From positions 24,178 through 88,177 of the forward strand of contig JAGQME010000001.1 in assembly GCA_020428795.1 (NCBI GenBank): a stretch of DNA of 64,000 nt, written 5' to 3'. The position numbers and the translations under genes were made by a program. Position 1 is the first letter of the stretch. Every line of letters begins with the position of its first letter. The notes beneath the pieces were generated by a model that ran no database searches, was not told the origin of the DNA, and worked only from the letters and a program-made list of their open reading frames with translations. Positions 34,816 through 45,519 of this stretch are shown piece after piece. This DNA is from Candidatus Kaiserbacteria bacterium (lineage in GTDB: Bacteria > Patescibacteriota > Minisyncoccia > Phycocordibacterales > UBA918).

Positions 34816-36345
34816 CTACCTAGCGTAACTTACCACTCTCGTCTCACGTATCACGTGTACCTTGATCTCACCCGGATATCTTAACTGAGCTTCAATGGTG
34901 GTAGCGATCGTCCTAGCCAGACCGCTGGCCTCAAAATCGTTGAGGGTCTCTGGGTTAACAATGACTCTGATCTCTCGACCAGCTGAGATAGCAAAGGCCT
35001 TATCGACTCCAGCTAAACTGGTAGCGATGGCTTCTAGTTCACTCAAACGCTTGATGTAATTTTCAAGTGAATCACGTCTAGCGCCAGGTCTAGAGCCAGA
35101 CAGTGAATCAGCCACCTGAACAATAATTGATTCCGGAGTTTCGTAGGGATATTCTTCATGATGGGCCCGCATGGCCAATATTACTCTTTCATCGACATCG
35201 TATTTTTGTAGAATTCTGATACCAATTTCTACGTGTGTACCAGCTACTTCATGACTAACAGTTTTGCCGATATCATGTAAGAGGGCTCCTGCTCTGGCTA
35301 CTGCCACGTCAGCCCCGACTTCTTCAGCGATTATAGCTGCCATATGGGCCATCTCAACGGAATGCCAAAGAACATTTTGGCCATAACTGGTACGAAAATG
35401 TAGCCGACCAAGAATGGTTAATAGGTCCGGGTGTAGGTTTGGCACATTGGCATCATAAGCAGCTTTTTCACCCATTTTACGCACGGTACCGGCTACTTCT
35501 TTTCTGGCTGCTTCGACACACTCTTCAATTTTGGCTGGCTGAATACGCCCGTCTTTCATTAGGGCCTCAAGCGCCACCCTAGCTATTTCTCGTCTGATTG
35601 GATCAAAAGAAGAAAGGGTAATGTATCCAGGAGTGTCGTCTATTAACACATCCACTCCAGTCATTCTTTCAAAGGTGCGAACATTACGGCCTTCTTTTCC
35701 AATTACCTTACCCTTCATTTCTTCGTTGGGTAGCTCTACATTGGCCGTCATTATATTGGTCGGCATGTTGTTTCCCAGACGATGAAGGGTCGCTAAAAGA
35801 ATATTCTGAGCCTTAGCTTCATATATTTCCTCACCAGCTAGGGTCATTTTACGGATTCTTTCCTCTAAATCACCGGCTCTTTCTACCTCCATTTTAGCCA
35901 CTACTTGTTCAAAGGCTTCTTCTTTGCTTAGAGAAGCGATTTCCTCAAGCTTGTTGTCTAGCTCGTCCTTGCGTTCATCTAGACGTACCTTTAAGGTTTT
36001 TATTTCTTCTATTTTGCTTCGCACAGCTTCTTTTTCAGAGTCTAGACTGATTTGACGTTCATCAAGAAGCTCCTCCTTCTTTTCCAAGCGGTCTTCTTTG
36101 TGTTTTATTTTTTCTTCTTTTTCTTTAAACTCCGCTTTTGCTTCCGTCTCTATTTTATCGGCTTTGGCCTCCGCTTTTTCCACTATCTTAAATGCCTGTT
36201 CTTCGGCTTTTAGCATCTTTTCTTTTAGGTCTATTTCAACCGATGCTTTTTGTCCAAGGGCGTGTAGGTATCGTAGGTAGTAACCAGAAGCTATGCCGAT
36301 TATGAGCGCTGCCAAGGCAATGCCCAAAATAATCAAGGTTGGCAT
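34816..36345 (-). CDS. rny: Ribonuclease Y
   Basis: N-terminal TM helix, coiled-coil, KH domain (VIGKEGRNVRTFE), HD domain (LLHDIGK ... HHE), C-terminal ...IRETRVVSYAR. Confidence 0.9.
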   Translation of the reverse strand: MPTLIILGIALAALIIGIASGYYLRYLHALGQKASVEIDLKEKMLKAEEQAFKIVEKAEAKADKIETEAKAEFKEKEEKIKHKEDRLEKKEELLDERQISLDSEKEAVRSKIEEIKTLKVRLDERKDELDNKLEEIASLSKEEAFEQVVAKMEVERAGDLEERIRKMTLAGEEIYEAKAQNILLATLHRLGNNMPTNIMTANVELPNEEMKGKVIGKEGRNVRTFERMTGVDVLIDDTPGYITLSSFDPIRREIARVALEALMKDGRIQPAKIEECVEAARKEVAGTVRKMGEKAAYDANVPNLHPDLLTILGRLHFRTSYGQNVLWHSVEMAHMAAIIAEEVGADVAVARAGALLHDIGKTVSHEVAGTHVEIGIRILQKYDVDERVILAMRAHHEEYPYETPESIIVQVADSLSGSRPGARRDSLENYIKRLSELEAIATSLAGVDKAFAISAGREIRVIVNPETLNDFEASGLARTIATTIEAQLRYPGEIKVHVIRETRVVSYAR

Positions 36346-36503
36346 AGTATTTTGAACTAATGAATAAGGGTACAGACAGTCAGAAAATCATACTCTGTAG
36401 TAGAAACATAGCAGAATTACGGCGAACTGGAAAGGGGTGTGTCTAAAATTATGGTTAGAAACTATCTAAATTTTAGAATAGTTACTATCCAAAGAATCCT
36501 ATT

Positions 36504-37100
36504 CTACTTATGTACTTCGTCTATCAGGCCGTATTTTTTGGCCTCTTCTGCGTCCATAAAGAAGTCACGGTCAGTGTCTTTTTCGATTTCGGATAATTTC
36601 TTACCACTTGCTTTTGCTAGCATTTTATTTAAGCGCTCTCTGGTTTTGAGGATGTGTCTAGCGGTAATTTCTATATCACTGGCCTGTCCTTGGGCTCCTC
36701 CCCAAGGTTGATGAATCATTACCTCAGCGTTGGTTAGAGCAAACCGCTTACCTTTAGCGCCTTGGGAAAGTAATATTGAACCCATCGAAGCGGCCATACC
36801 GACACAGACCGTGGATACGTCAGGTTTAATATGATTCATGGTGTCAACAATAGCCAAACCAGCGGTGACGCTACCACCTGGTGAATTTATATACAGAGAA
36901 ATATCTTTTTTAGAATCTTCCGATTCCAAAAATAATAATTGGGCCACCACCAGATTGGCCATATGGTCTTCAATTGGACCGGTGATAAAGATGATACGTT
37001 CTTTAAGTAGCCTAGAGTAGATATCAAAAGCACGTTCACCGGCTTGGGTCTTTTCAATTACCATTGGTACTAAAAAATCATTTATTTCAGATTGTTTCAT
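36504..37100 (-). CDS. clpP: ATP-dependent Clp protease proteolytic subunit
   Basis: 198 aa; [51 protein letters not shown] ... catalytic Ser (GMAASMGS) and His (MIHQP). Confidence 0.95.
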   Translation of the reverse strand: MKQSEINDFLVPMVIEKTQAGERAFDIYSRLLKERIIFITGPIEDHMANLVVAQLLFLESEDSKKDISLYINSPGGSVTAGLAIVDTMNHIKPDVSTVCVGMAASMGSILLSQGAKGKRFALTNAEVMIHQPWGGAQGQASDIEITARHILKTRERLNKMLAKASGKKLSEIEKDTDRDFFMDAEEAKKYGLIDEVHK

Positions 37101-37165
37101 AATTTATATTCCTATTATTATTCGTGACTGACAGCGTTTATCCTAACAGAAAGTTAAACGGTTGA

Positions 37166-37210
37166 AAACAAAACGGTCGCACGGCAAAGCCGTGCGACCG
37201 TTTTGTTTTT
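37166..37210. terminator. Intrinsic terminator after tig (about 20-bp perfect stem)
   Basis: AAAACAAAACGGTCGCACGG-CAAA-GCCGTGCGACCGTTTTGTTTT. Confidence 0.65.
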
Positions 37211-37225
37211 GGGTAATCAATGAAT

Positions 37226-38386
37226 CTAGGCTTCTTCAAGCATTTTCATAACAGCCTCATTTTGGAGAATTGATTCAACGTAAATCTTAACTCTGGCTGG
37301 ATCAGCGTCTTTGTATTGTTCAAGTAGTTGCTTAACTTGGTTTTCTACCAAAGTATCATCAGCTTTGATATTTTCAGTCTTAGCAATCTCGTTTAGAATC
37401 AATTGTAATTTGGCTCGCTTTTCTGCAGCCGGAGTCCATTCTTTCTTTAGATCTTCTTTAGTTTTTTTGATATGACCGAGGTAGTCGTCCATTCGTAGGT
37501 TACTTCTAGCTAAATCTTCGGTCATTTGAGCAAACATTTGTTCTAGTTCTGAATCTACCAATACTTGAGGTAGCTCAAGCTCACTCGCTTCTATGATTGA
37601 ATCAGTAATCTTAGCTCGGTGAGTGGCTTTGACCTCTTGTTCTTTTTCTAGGGCCAGATGTTCCTTTAATTTAGCTTTAAAATCAGCTACCGTTTCAAAT
37701 TGACCAGGTTGACCAAGAGTCTTTACGTATTCATCGGTTAGTTCTGGTAAAGGTTCCTCTTTAGTGTCATCTTCATCAACTGCAGTTTTATAAGCTTCGG
37801 ACTCAAGAGTTGGTAGGTCTTTTGTTTCGTCATGATCGTGATCACAGTTTTCATCATGTACGTGCTCAGTTTGTTCATTGGCAACAGCTTTGGCTTGCAG
37901 TTTTTCGTAAGCTCGTTTCTGTCTTTGAATATCTACAATTTGTTTCTCTAAGTCTTCGTCAGTTACTTCGGTTGAAGTCTTGGTTTGATTAGTAGTTTTG
38001 GCTAGGGTTTTAAAATCAGGTAGAGTGATTTCTGGTAAGGTAGCTACGGTGAAAGTAAAGCCAAGTGGATTGTCTTTAGCGATTTTAGTGATATTGATTT
38101 GGGGATACCCAATGGCATCGATATTATGTTCTTTTAAGACTAGTGGGTAAATTTTAGCTAGAGCTCTTTCCGCCATCTCACTTAGCACGGTCATTTCACC
38201 AACTCTTTCCACTACCACTTTTTCTGGCACATGACCGGGACGAAAACCGTCTACTTTTAGATCTTGTCCACAACGTTTAATAGCGGCCGTTCGTTCTTTT
38301 TCTAATTCGGAAAAAGGTATTTCACCGGTTATTTTTACTTGTGATTTAGCCTCTTTTTCCACGGTGTATTGTTTGATAAAGTCCAT
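37226..38386 (-). CDS. tig: Trigger factor
   Basis: N-terminal ribosome-binding domain with GFRPGHVP signature; 386 aa; upstream of clpP in the conserved tig-clpP arrangement. Confidence 0.88.
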   Translation of the reverse strand: MDFIKQYTVEKEAKSQVKITGEIPFSELEKERTAAIKRCGQDLKVDGFRPGHVPEKVVVERVGEMTVLSEMAERALAKIYPLVLKEHNIDAIGYPQINITKIAKDNPLGFTFTVATLPEITLPDFKTLAKTTNQTKTSTEVTDEDLEKQIVDIQRQKRAYEKLQAKAVANEQTEHVHDENCDHDHDETKDLPTLESEAYKTAVDEDDTKEEPLPELTDEYVKTLGQPGQFETVADFKAKLKEHLALEKEQEVKATHRAKITDSIIEASELELPQVLVDSELEQMFAQMTEDLARSNLRMDDYLGHIKKTKEDLKKEWTPAAEKRAKLQLILNEIAKTENIKADDTLVENQVKQLLEQYKDADPARVKIYVESILQNEAVMKMLEEA

Positions 38387-38485
38387 ATAAATATTCTTAT
38401 GATAGTTTGTGAATTAACAGGTGGTTAGTGTACTAATAATAAAATTTTTTGCAACCAAAAAGTCATTTCTATGTTCACTGAAGTG

Positions 38486-38552
38486 ATCCAAAAAACCATC
38501 GAGATCTGGCTCTATTATTTTTTAAAGCCAGATCTCGATGGTTTTTTTGGAT
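38486..38552. terminator. About 27-bp-stem near-perfect palindrome downstream of the 38617..39042 gene / upstream of tig
   Basis: GATCCAAAAAACCATCGAGATCTGGCT...AGCCAGATCTCGATGGTTTTTTTGGAT. Confidence 0.55.
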
Positions 38553-38616
38553 ATGTTTATTAGTCCGCTCAGAGTGCCCCCGAGGCGTTAGTCTAGGGAT
38601 AGTCAGATGGGTGTTT

Positions 38617-39042
38617 TTACTGTTGTGCCTCGGCTACGGTTTCTAGTTCGGCGTTGATAGCGTTTATTTCTGAGTCTAGAGTTTCTAAGTCGGTGCTTTC
38701 TATGTCAGCTTCAATGGCTGAAAGCTCATCTGATGTACTGGTAGTTAGAGTGGCGTCGGTCTGTGCCCTAGCTGTAGTGCTTTCCGGTTCTTTGTTTTGG
38801 GCGGCGGTTGGTCGCAGAGAATTACTTGGCACAATCTCTGTCTTCTTGATCAGTAGTTGCCAGTAAAACAAACCAGCCAGTATAAGTAATAAGAGAATTA
38901 TCATAGAAGCCAGCATGTAGGGCATGTAGGCACGATTGTTGGAACGAATTTTAGGTGAACTAAAACTCGTCTCCACAGAATTATCCGGAATTTTTAGTTC
39001 ATCATCGGAGAAAGTTGGTGGAGCATTTTTTTTCATAACCAA
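38617..39042 (-). CDS. Hypothetical single-pass membrane protein
   Basis: 141 aa; one TM helix (MLASMIILLLLILAGLFYWQLLI); acidic C-terminal tail. Confidence 0.4.
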   Translation of the reverse strand: MVMKKNAPPTFSDDELKIPDNSVETSFSSPKIRSNNRAYMPYMLASMIILLLLILAGLFYWQLLIKKTEIVPSNSLRPTAAQNKEPESTTARAQTDATLTTSTSDELSAIEADIESTDLETLDSEINAINAELETVAEAQQ

Positions 39043-39053
39043 GATATTTTACC

Positions 39054-39689
39054 TTATTCCACCGTTGTAGAACTAGTGGCGCTGTTAATGGTTGGAGCGG
39101 ATTTGAGTAGGGACACCGTCTTTCTTAGTCCAGAGTGGCTGGCTCGCAAAGTATTGGCAATAGCTACGTAGGTTTCTTTCAAGATAGTCATGGTTGATTG
39201 AGGATTTTCTGAAGATACGGCCAATAATACTTTTTGATCGATATCTTTAAGGGTGGCTCTAGCTTCAGCTAAAGTGATTTTGGTTTTATTTAATTCAGAT
39301 TCAGCTTGACTGGTGTCTTGGCCTGCAGCTTTGGTCTTGGCGATTCGACTTTCTAAACGTAGGACGATTCCTTCCATGCGCAGTACAGCAGCATCCATTT
39401 TGTTACTCATATTGGAGGCGAGGTTGATCAGTCTTTTTTGGGTTGGTTCACTTAAACTAACTCCAGCTTTTAAAGGAGTAGGATTGGTTTTGGCCTGCGG
39501 TAGGACCGTCTCTTTGGTAGTGGTACTTTGGTCGGAAGTGGTACTAATACTACTTGAAGCTGAAGTGGAGTTTGTAGAAGTGGAGATTAAATCACTTTGG
39601 GCCAAAACTATTAAATGAGAAGTGACGAATAAACCGGTTATAAATAAGGCAAGATATATATATTTGAATTTTAAAAACGATGTTTGCAT
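39054..39689 (-). CDS. Hypothetical secreted Ser/Thr-rich protein
   Basis: 211 aa; signal peptide, S/T-rich linker, predicted helical C-domain; 12-bp gap to downstream gene. Confidence 0.4.
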   Translation of the reverse strand: MQTSFLKFKYIYLALFITGLFVTSHLIVLAQSDLISTSTNSTSASSSISTTSDQSTTTKETVLPQAKTNPTPLKAGVSLSEPTQKRLINLASNMSNKMDAAVLRMEGIVLRLESRIAKTKAAGQDTSQAESELNKTKITLAEARATLKDIDQKVLLAVSSENPQSTMTILKETYVAIANTLRASHSGLRKTVSLLKSAPTINSATSSTTVE

Positions 39690-39784
39690 ACCAATATTTT
39701 AAGACTTGATTATAGTATAGCTTTGATTGATTAATAAGTTTGTTTTCTATGCACAACTTAAATCTTAAATTTAGTATTGGGATA

Positions 39785-39848
39785 AACCCCACCAAAAACA
39801 CCAAGCGGTATCCCGATCGGGATACCGCTTGGTGTTTTTGGTGGGGTT
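39785..39848. terminator. 30-bp perfect-stem palindrome after the pyrophosphatase gene
   Basis: AACCCCACCAAAAACACCAAGCGGTATCCCGATCGGGATACCGCTTGGTGTTTTTGGTGGGGTT. Confidence 0.6.
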
Positions 39849-39868
39849 GGTTTTAGATAATTTAGTTA

Positions 39869-40789
39869 CTAAAGTTTTAGACTAGGTAGGATTTGTTTTT
39901 TGCGGGACATAATACCTGGTAATACTTCGGTATCGCTTTCCACTTTAACACCAAAGGAGGCAGATATTATCTGACTGGTTAGTTCATTGTAAGTTAAAAC
40001 AGTAGCTTCCTCGTTTAGGATATCAACAATAAAGAAAAGTACGTCATCAACATCACTTTCTTCAGCGATGGTGTCAGTTATGGCCTTGATTAGACCAGTT
40101 TTTCTTTCTAAGACAGTTTTTGGATCAGTGGTTTCGATAACTGATACTCTAAGATTTTTATCTCCAACTGCGTACTTTTTACTATCAAGTTTGATCAAAC
40201 CAGTGTCAGTGAAGTTTGAAATATCAGATTTGGCGGCAAACATTTCGTCAGCATATTTTTCAATATCTATTTCTAGGTCCTTGGCTAAAGTCTCGGCCAC
40301 ATCTTTGTCGTGTGGGGTGGTGGTAGGACTACGAAAAGCCAAGGTGTCAGAAAGAATACAGGACAGAATAACACCCTTTATTTCCGTGGCTATGTCCACT
40401 CCAGACGATATTATTTCGTCGTACATAACGGTGGCGGTGCAGGCCAATGGTCGCATAGTTATTTTAACCGGTGACTCGGTGGTCAAGCCCCCAACTAATT
40501 TGTGATGGTCAATAATTTCACGAATATTTACCTCATTAATATTAGTAAATAATTCTTGGGGGTTATTGGTATCAACGATAATCACTTCGTCTTCGACTGA
40601 AACTGACTCTAGTAATTCTGGGGTGTCTATTTGCCAGTGGTTTAATACGAACTTTGTTTCTGAGTTTAGTTCACCGAGCACGTATGGTTTAGCTTCTGTG
40701 CCGGTATGATTACTCAAATACCAAGCCCAAATAATGGCACTACCAGTGGCGTCAGTATCAGGTGACAGGTGTCCGAATACTTTTATCAT
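39869..40789 (-). CDS. ppaC: DHH-family phosphoesterase, likely Mn-dependent (family II) inorganic pyrophosphatase
   Basis: 306 aa; N-terminal HLSPDTDATGSA (DHH motif I), DHHK, DHHA2-like C-domain; length and motif spacing typical of PpaC. Confidence 0.7.
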   Translation of the reverse strand: MIKVFGHLSPDTDATGSAIIWAWYLSNHTGTEAKPYVLGELNSETKFVLNHWQIDTPELLESVSVEDEVIIVDTNNPQELFTNINEVNIREIIDHHKLVGGLTTESPVKITMRPLACTATVMYDEIISSGVDIATEIKGVILSCILSDTLAFRSPTTTPHDKDVAETLAKDLEIDIEKYADEMFAAKSDISNFTDTGLIKLDSKKYAVGDKNLRVSVIETTDPKTVLERKTGLIKAITDTIAEESDVDDVLFFIVDILNEEATVLTYNELTSQIISASFGVKVESDTEVLPGIMSRKKQILPSLKL

Positions 40790-40818
40790 AGTAATTTTTG
40801 GATATTTAAGAGTGATAA

Positions 40819-42246
40819 TTATTTATCTTTTTCGTCTTCTGACAAAACAGCCTCTGCTTCTTCTGGGGTGTCTATTTCATCCTCTTCTTCAGAGTCGGGT
40901 GTCATATCTCTATCTTTGGTTGGTTCGTCTTCTTCCGGTAGTTCTGGTTTGGTAGTAGTAGCGTCTTCGTTTTCTAATACATCGTCATCAGCCCCCACTT
41001 CTGATTCGATTGGTGCGTCGATTTCTACACTACCATCAGCGTCTGCTTCCGCCAGAGGTTCACCTTTAGCTGACACAATATCTATTTTCCAACCGGTTAA
41101 TTTGGCCGCTAGTCTTACGTTTTGACCACCTCTACCAATGGCTAAGGACTGTTGGTCTGGAGCTACTTCCACGATGGCGTGACCTCTGGAATCTTCGTTT
41201 TCTGATGGTGTCTTTGGTTCACTTTCTATAGTGACGTTAAGGACTTGAGCGGGAGATAGAGAGTCTTCGATAAAGTTAATTGGCTCTTCTGACCATTCTA
41301 TAATGTCAATTTTTTCGCCTCCTAGTTCACTCATGACAGTTGAAACCCGAACACCTCGTTGTCCAACCAAAGAACCAACGGGGTCTATGTGTTGATCGTT
41401 GGCATAGACGGCTATCTTTGAACGAGCGCCAGCTTCTCTAGCAATCGCTTTTATTTCCACTACTCCAGTTTGGATTTCTGGTGCTTCAATTGCAAATAAG
41501 CTAGCCAAGAAATCTGGATGAGAGCGAGATAATTTAAGGAAAACCCCTCTGGCTGTTTCATCTACCTCAATCAAAGAAGCGCGGATACGGTCACCTGGTT
41601 TGAATCTTTCGCCGGGGATTTGTTCATCGTAGGGCATGATTCCGGTGACTCGACCAAGGTCAACATAAAGGTTGCCACGTTCGAATCTTTGTACATGTCC
41701 CATCACTACGTCACCCTCTTTTTGTCCAAATTCTTTCAAAGCAGACTCTTTCTCAGCCTCTCTTACTTTTTGGATGATTACTTGCTTGGCCGTCTGGGCC
41801 GCAATTCGTCCGAAATCGTCTTTATTTTCTAGAGGGAAAACTAGTTCATCACCAACCTGCACATCTTTTTTGATCATTCTGGCTGTATCAATCATGATAT
41901 GTTTCTCAGCGTCAAACCTAACCAAACCGTCGATGGCGGGGGTTTCATTATCGTCTCGGCGTCGATCATCAACTTCTTCGGCACTGTCATCAGTCTCCGG
42001 TTTAATCATAGTTTCGTCTAAGACGATCTTGATCTGGCTAAAGATAGTTGTTCCGCTATCCAAATCAAAATTACAACGGATAATTTGTCCTCTTTTACCG
42101 TATTCTTTTTTGTAAGCAGTGGCTAGAGATTGTTCAATCGCTTCCATCATTTTGGCCCTAGGTATTCCACGCTCTTCTTCCATTTCGCCCAATACAGAGT
42201 GAATAACTTTTAAATCAAACATATTAATAATCTTTAAATTTGCCAA
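40819..42246 (-). CDS. nusA: Transcription termination/antitermination factor NusA with acidic C-terminal extension
   Basis: N-terminal domain, S1 (GDELVFPLEN..FGRIAAQTAKQVI), two KH domains (RGVRVSTVMSELGGEKIDII; GQNVRLAAKLTGWKIDIV), acidic D/E-rich tail. Confidence 0.9.
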   Translation of the reverse strand: MANLKIINMFDLKVIHSVLGEMEEERGIPRAKMMEAIEQSLATAYKKEYGKRGQIIRCNFDLDSGTTIFSQIKIVLDETMIKPETDDSAEEVDDRRRDDNETPAIDGLVRFDAEKHIMIDTARMIKKDVQVGDELVFPLENKDDFGRIAAQTAKQVIIQKVREAEKESALKEFGQKEGDVVMGHVQRFERGNLYVDLGRVTGIMPYDEQIPGERFKPGDRIRASLIEVDETARGVFLKLSRSHPDFLASLFAIEAPEIQTGVVEIKAIAREAGARSKIAVYANDQHIDPVGSLVGQRGVRVSTVMSELGGEKIDIIEWSEEPINFIEDSLSPAQVLNVTIESEPKTPSENEDSRGHAIVEVAPDQQSLAIGRGGQNVRLAAKLTGWKIDIVSAKGEPLAEADADGSVEIDAPIESEVGADDDVLENEDATTTKPELPEEDEPTKDRDMTPDSEEEDEIDTPEEAEAVLSEDEKDK

Positions 42247-42529
42247 TGATTTAAATAATAGCTATACATAAAGCTATATAAAATCATATCTTAATAATTT
42301 CTACACAATATGCGCGGGCCGTAGGCCCGCGCATATCTGTCATCTCGATATATTACTCTTTTAAATATAAAAAGCAAATTTACAAAGTAACACTCTTCTA
42401 CAAAGGGTGTTACTTTGTAAATTTAAAGATTAATCAGAGTTAATCTGTAGGTAACTAATATTAAAAAAATATTAGTGCTGTATAATGTAAACATATTGTA
42501 ATGGTGATGTTGCGAGGTTCTTTTTATAT

Positions 42530-44284
42530 ATGCGTATTCAAGATGAACAACTAAAACGATTTATAGGCGACGCTGGTCTGGTTAGTAAAAAAGATATCGC
42601 TGAAGCGGAGAAAGTAGCTAAGGAGGAAAAGAGAACTCTGGCTGAAGCTTTGATTGCGTCTGGAACCATGACTGAAGACGATATGCGTCGAGTAGAGTCT
42701 TATGTGTTAGGTATCCCTTTTGTTTCTCTCAAAGGAGTTAAGGTGGATTTTTCCATATTGTCATTAATACCAGAGCCGGTAGCTCGCAACCACAATATTA
42801 TTGCTTTTAAAAAGAACGAAGAGTCGTTGGAAGTAGCTATGCTAGATACTGCTGATTTACCAGCGATAGATTTCATAAAGAAAAAAGTTGGACTAAAAAT
42901 ATTGCCCCGTCTAACTGATACAGAGTCAATGAAATCGGCTCTTTTGCAGTATCAGAAAACTCTCAAAGATGAATTTGGTGACCTAATAATGAAAGAAACA
43001 TCGGCTTTGAAAACTATTGCCGAAGATACCGGTGAGGAAGCTACTGAAGAAGATCTAAAGAAAATGGCCGAAGATTTGCCAGTGGTCAGAATAGTGGATA
43101 CCTTATTGAGGCACGCTATTATTCAAGGTGCTTCTGATATTCATATTGAACCTATGGAGGAGTCTGTTTTGGTGCGTTATCGAATCGACGGCATCTTGCA
43201 CGATGCCATGACTTTACCTAAAAACGCCGCTCCTACCATAGTGGCTAGATTAAAAGTTTTATCAAATCTCAAACTCGATGAAAAAAGATTGCCACAAGAT
43301 GGCCGGTTTAAGATGGAAATGGATGGCCAAAAAGTTTCCTTCCGAGTTTCGATTCTACCAATTTTCTTCGGTGAGAAAGTAGTAATGCGTTTACTGCGAG
43401 AAAATCGTTCTGGTTTTACCTTAGAAGGAATTGGTTTTCACGGTTCTTCTTTAGAAAGGTTGCAAGATGCCATGAAACAAACCACTGGCATAATTTTGGT
43501 AACGGGACCAACTGGTTCTGGTAAAACTACCAGCCTCTATACCGTGCTGGATCTACTTAATACCCCAGAAGTAAATATTTCTACTATTGAAGACCCGGTC
43601 GAATACCAAATGCCTAGAATAAACCAGACCCAAGTTAAATCGGAGATCGGTTTTACTTTTGCCACCGGTTTGCGTTCCTTAATGCGTCAAGACCCAGACA
43701 TTATTATGGTTGGTGAGATTCGTGATAAAGAGACTGCCAGTCTAGCCATTAACGCCGCTTTGACCGGTCACTTAGTATTGGCCACTGTTCACACTAATTC
43801 TTCTTCTGGTACGGTGGCTCGTTTGGTAGATATGGGAGTAGAGACATTTTTGCTGGTCTCAACCCTAAGAGTAGCGGTTGGGCAAAGACTGGTGAGGCGA
43901 TTGCGTGAAGACGCTAGAGAACCGTATAAACTTAGTTCTGATGAAAAAAGTGAGTTAGGTAAACACGCTGATATGGATAAGGTTTTGGAGGTTCTAAAAG
44001 AAGAGCAAATTATTGCCAATAATGCTACGTGGAACAGTGTTGATTTTTATCACGCTAAAGATGTGCCAGAGGGGGAAGAGGCCTATAAGGGTAGAATCGG
44101 TATCCACGAAATATTGCCGATGAGTCCATCTATAAAAGAAATGGTTATGTCCGGAGCTACCGCTGATCAAATTCAAGAACAAGGGCGTAAAGAAGGGATG
44201 CTCACTATGCTTGAAGACGGTATCTATAAGGCCGCCAAAGGTTTGACTACAATTGAGGAAGTATTGCGAGTAATTAACGAGTAA
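42530..44284 (+). CDS. pilB: Type IV pilus assembly ATPase PilB / GspE family
   Basis: 584 aa; GSPII_E N-terminal domains; Walker A ILVTGPTGSGKTTSL; Asp/His boxes; tetracysteine-less variant. Confidence 0.9.
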   Translation: MRIQDEQLKRFIGDAGLVSKKDIAEAEKVAKEEKRTLAEALIASGTMTEDDMRRVESYVLGIPFVSLKGVKVDFSILSLIPEPVARNHNIIAFKKNEESLEVAMLDTADLPAIDFIKKKVGLKILPRLTDTESMKSALLQYQKTLKDEFGDLIMKETSALKTIAEDTGEEATEEDLKKMAEDLPVVRIVDTLLRHAIIQGASDIHIEPMEESVLVRYRIDGILHDAMTLPKNAAPTIVARLKVLSNLKLDEKRLPQDGRFKMEMDGQKVSFRVSILPIFFGEKVVMRLLRENRSGFTLEGIGFHGSSLERLQDAMKQTTGIILVTGPTGSGKTTSLYTVLDLLNTPEVNISTIEDPVEYQMPRINQTQVKSEIGFTFATGLRSLMRQDPDIIMVGEIRDKETASLAINAALTGHLVLATVHTNSSSGTVARLVDMGVETFLLVSTLRVAVGQRLVRRLREDAREPYKLSSDEKSELGKHADMDKVLEVLKEEQIIANNATWNSVDFYHAKDVPEGEEAYKGRIGIHEILPMSPSIKEMVMSGATADQIQEQGRKEGMLTMLEDGIYKAAKGLTTIEEVLRVINE

Positions 44285-44288
44285 TAAA

Positions 44289-45515
44289 ATGCCTACTTTT
44301 ATTTATCATGGTAAAGACGATAAAGACATAAAGGTTTCTAAGACTGTTGAAGCCACTGACCGTTATGCAGTTTATGAAATTGCCCGCAACAATGGACACA
44401 CGGTCACTTCAATTGATGAACAAAAGAAACATTCACTTAAAGCCATCTTTAATATCCAACGACTAGAGTATCTGATGAGTCGGGTTAAAGATGATGAGCT
44501 AGTCATGGTGACTAGAAATTTAGGTTCCATGTTGGTGGCTGGCTTACCTCTCTCTAGAGCTTTGTCGGTGATTGAGAGACAGAGTAAAAACCCTCGGCTT
44601 AAAGGGGTGATGAGTGATATAAGAGAAAAAATAAACGAAGGTTCGCAATTTTACGAGGCTTTAGAGGCTTATCCTAAGGTATTTAGTAATCTGTACATAG
44701 CAATGGTCAGAGCAGGAGAAGAAAGCGGCGGTCTTTCAGAAGCTCTAAAAACCCTAAGTGTTCAAATGGAAAGATCTTCTAATTTAAAGAAGAAGATTAA
44801 AGGAGCCATGATTTATCCAGCGATTGTGATTGTTATCTTGGTTATTATTGGAATCTTAATGATGATTTTTGTTATGCCTTCCATCACTGGTACCTTTAAA
44901 AGTCTAGATGTCGAGCTACCGACTACGACCAAGATCCTAATCACTGTTAGTGATTTTATGGCGGCTAATACCGTAGCAACCCTGATCGGACTGATTTCTT
45001 TTGTGTTGGGCGGAATTTATTTTTTGAGAACCAAAGCTGGTCATATCACTACTTCATATATTATTCCTAAATTGCCAGTTATCGGCAAAATAGCCAAAGA
45101 AGTAAACGCCGCTCGCACCTCAAGGACCCTATCTTCTTTGTTGTCGTCTGGGGTTGATGTGATTCGGGCCTTAAATATCACCGAAGAGGTGGTACAAAAT
45201 GTTTTTTATAAAAAAATTATTGCGGAGGCGGCCGTTAGAGTTGAAAAGGGTACACCACTTTCTGAGGTGTTTATTGAACGAGAAGATTTGTATCCGGTTT
45301 TGGTGGGGGAGATGATCTTGGTGGGTGAAGAAACCGGAGATATTTCTCACATGCTACATGAACTAGCTATTTTTTATGAAAATGAAGTGGAACAAAAAAC
45401 CAAGGACCTCTCGACTATTATCGAGCCGATACTGATGGTGGTGATCGGTGGAGCAGTTGGTTTCTTTGCTCTCGCTATGATTGCTCCGATCTATTCTATT
45501 GGCGATAGTATTTAA
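44289..45515 (+). CDS. pilC: Type IV pilus inner-membrane platform protein PilC / GspF family
   Basis: 408 aa, duplicated GspF domains, three TM segments, ends ...IAPIYSIGDSI. Confidence 0.9.
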   Translation: MPTFIYHGKDDKDIKVSKTVEATDRYAVYEIARNNGHTVTSIDEQKKHSLKAIFNIQRLEYLMSRVKDDELVMVTRNLGSMLVAGLPLSRALSVIERQSKNPRLKGVMSDIREKINEGSQFYEALEAYPKVFSNLYIAMVRAGEESGGLSEALKTLSVQMERSSNLKKKIKGAMIYPAIVIVILVIIGILMMIFVMPSITGTFKSLDVELPTTTKILITVSDFMAANTVATLIGLISFVLGGIYFLRTKAGHITTSYIIPKLPVIGKIAKEVNAARTSRTLSSLLSSGVDVIRALNITEEVVQNVFYKKIIAEAAVRVEKGTPLSEVFIEREDLYPVLVGEMILVGEETGDISHMLHELAIFYENEVEQKTKDLSTIIEPILMVVIGGAVGFFALAMIAPIYSIGDSI

Positions 45516-45519
45516 TCTT

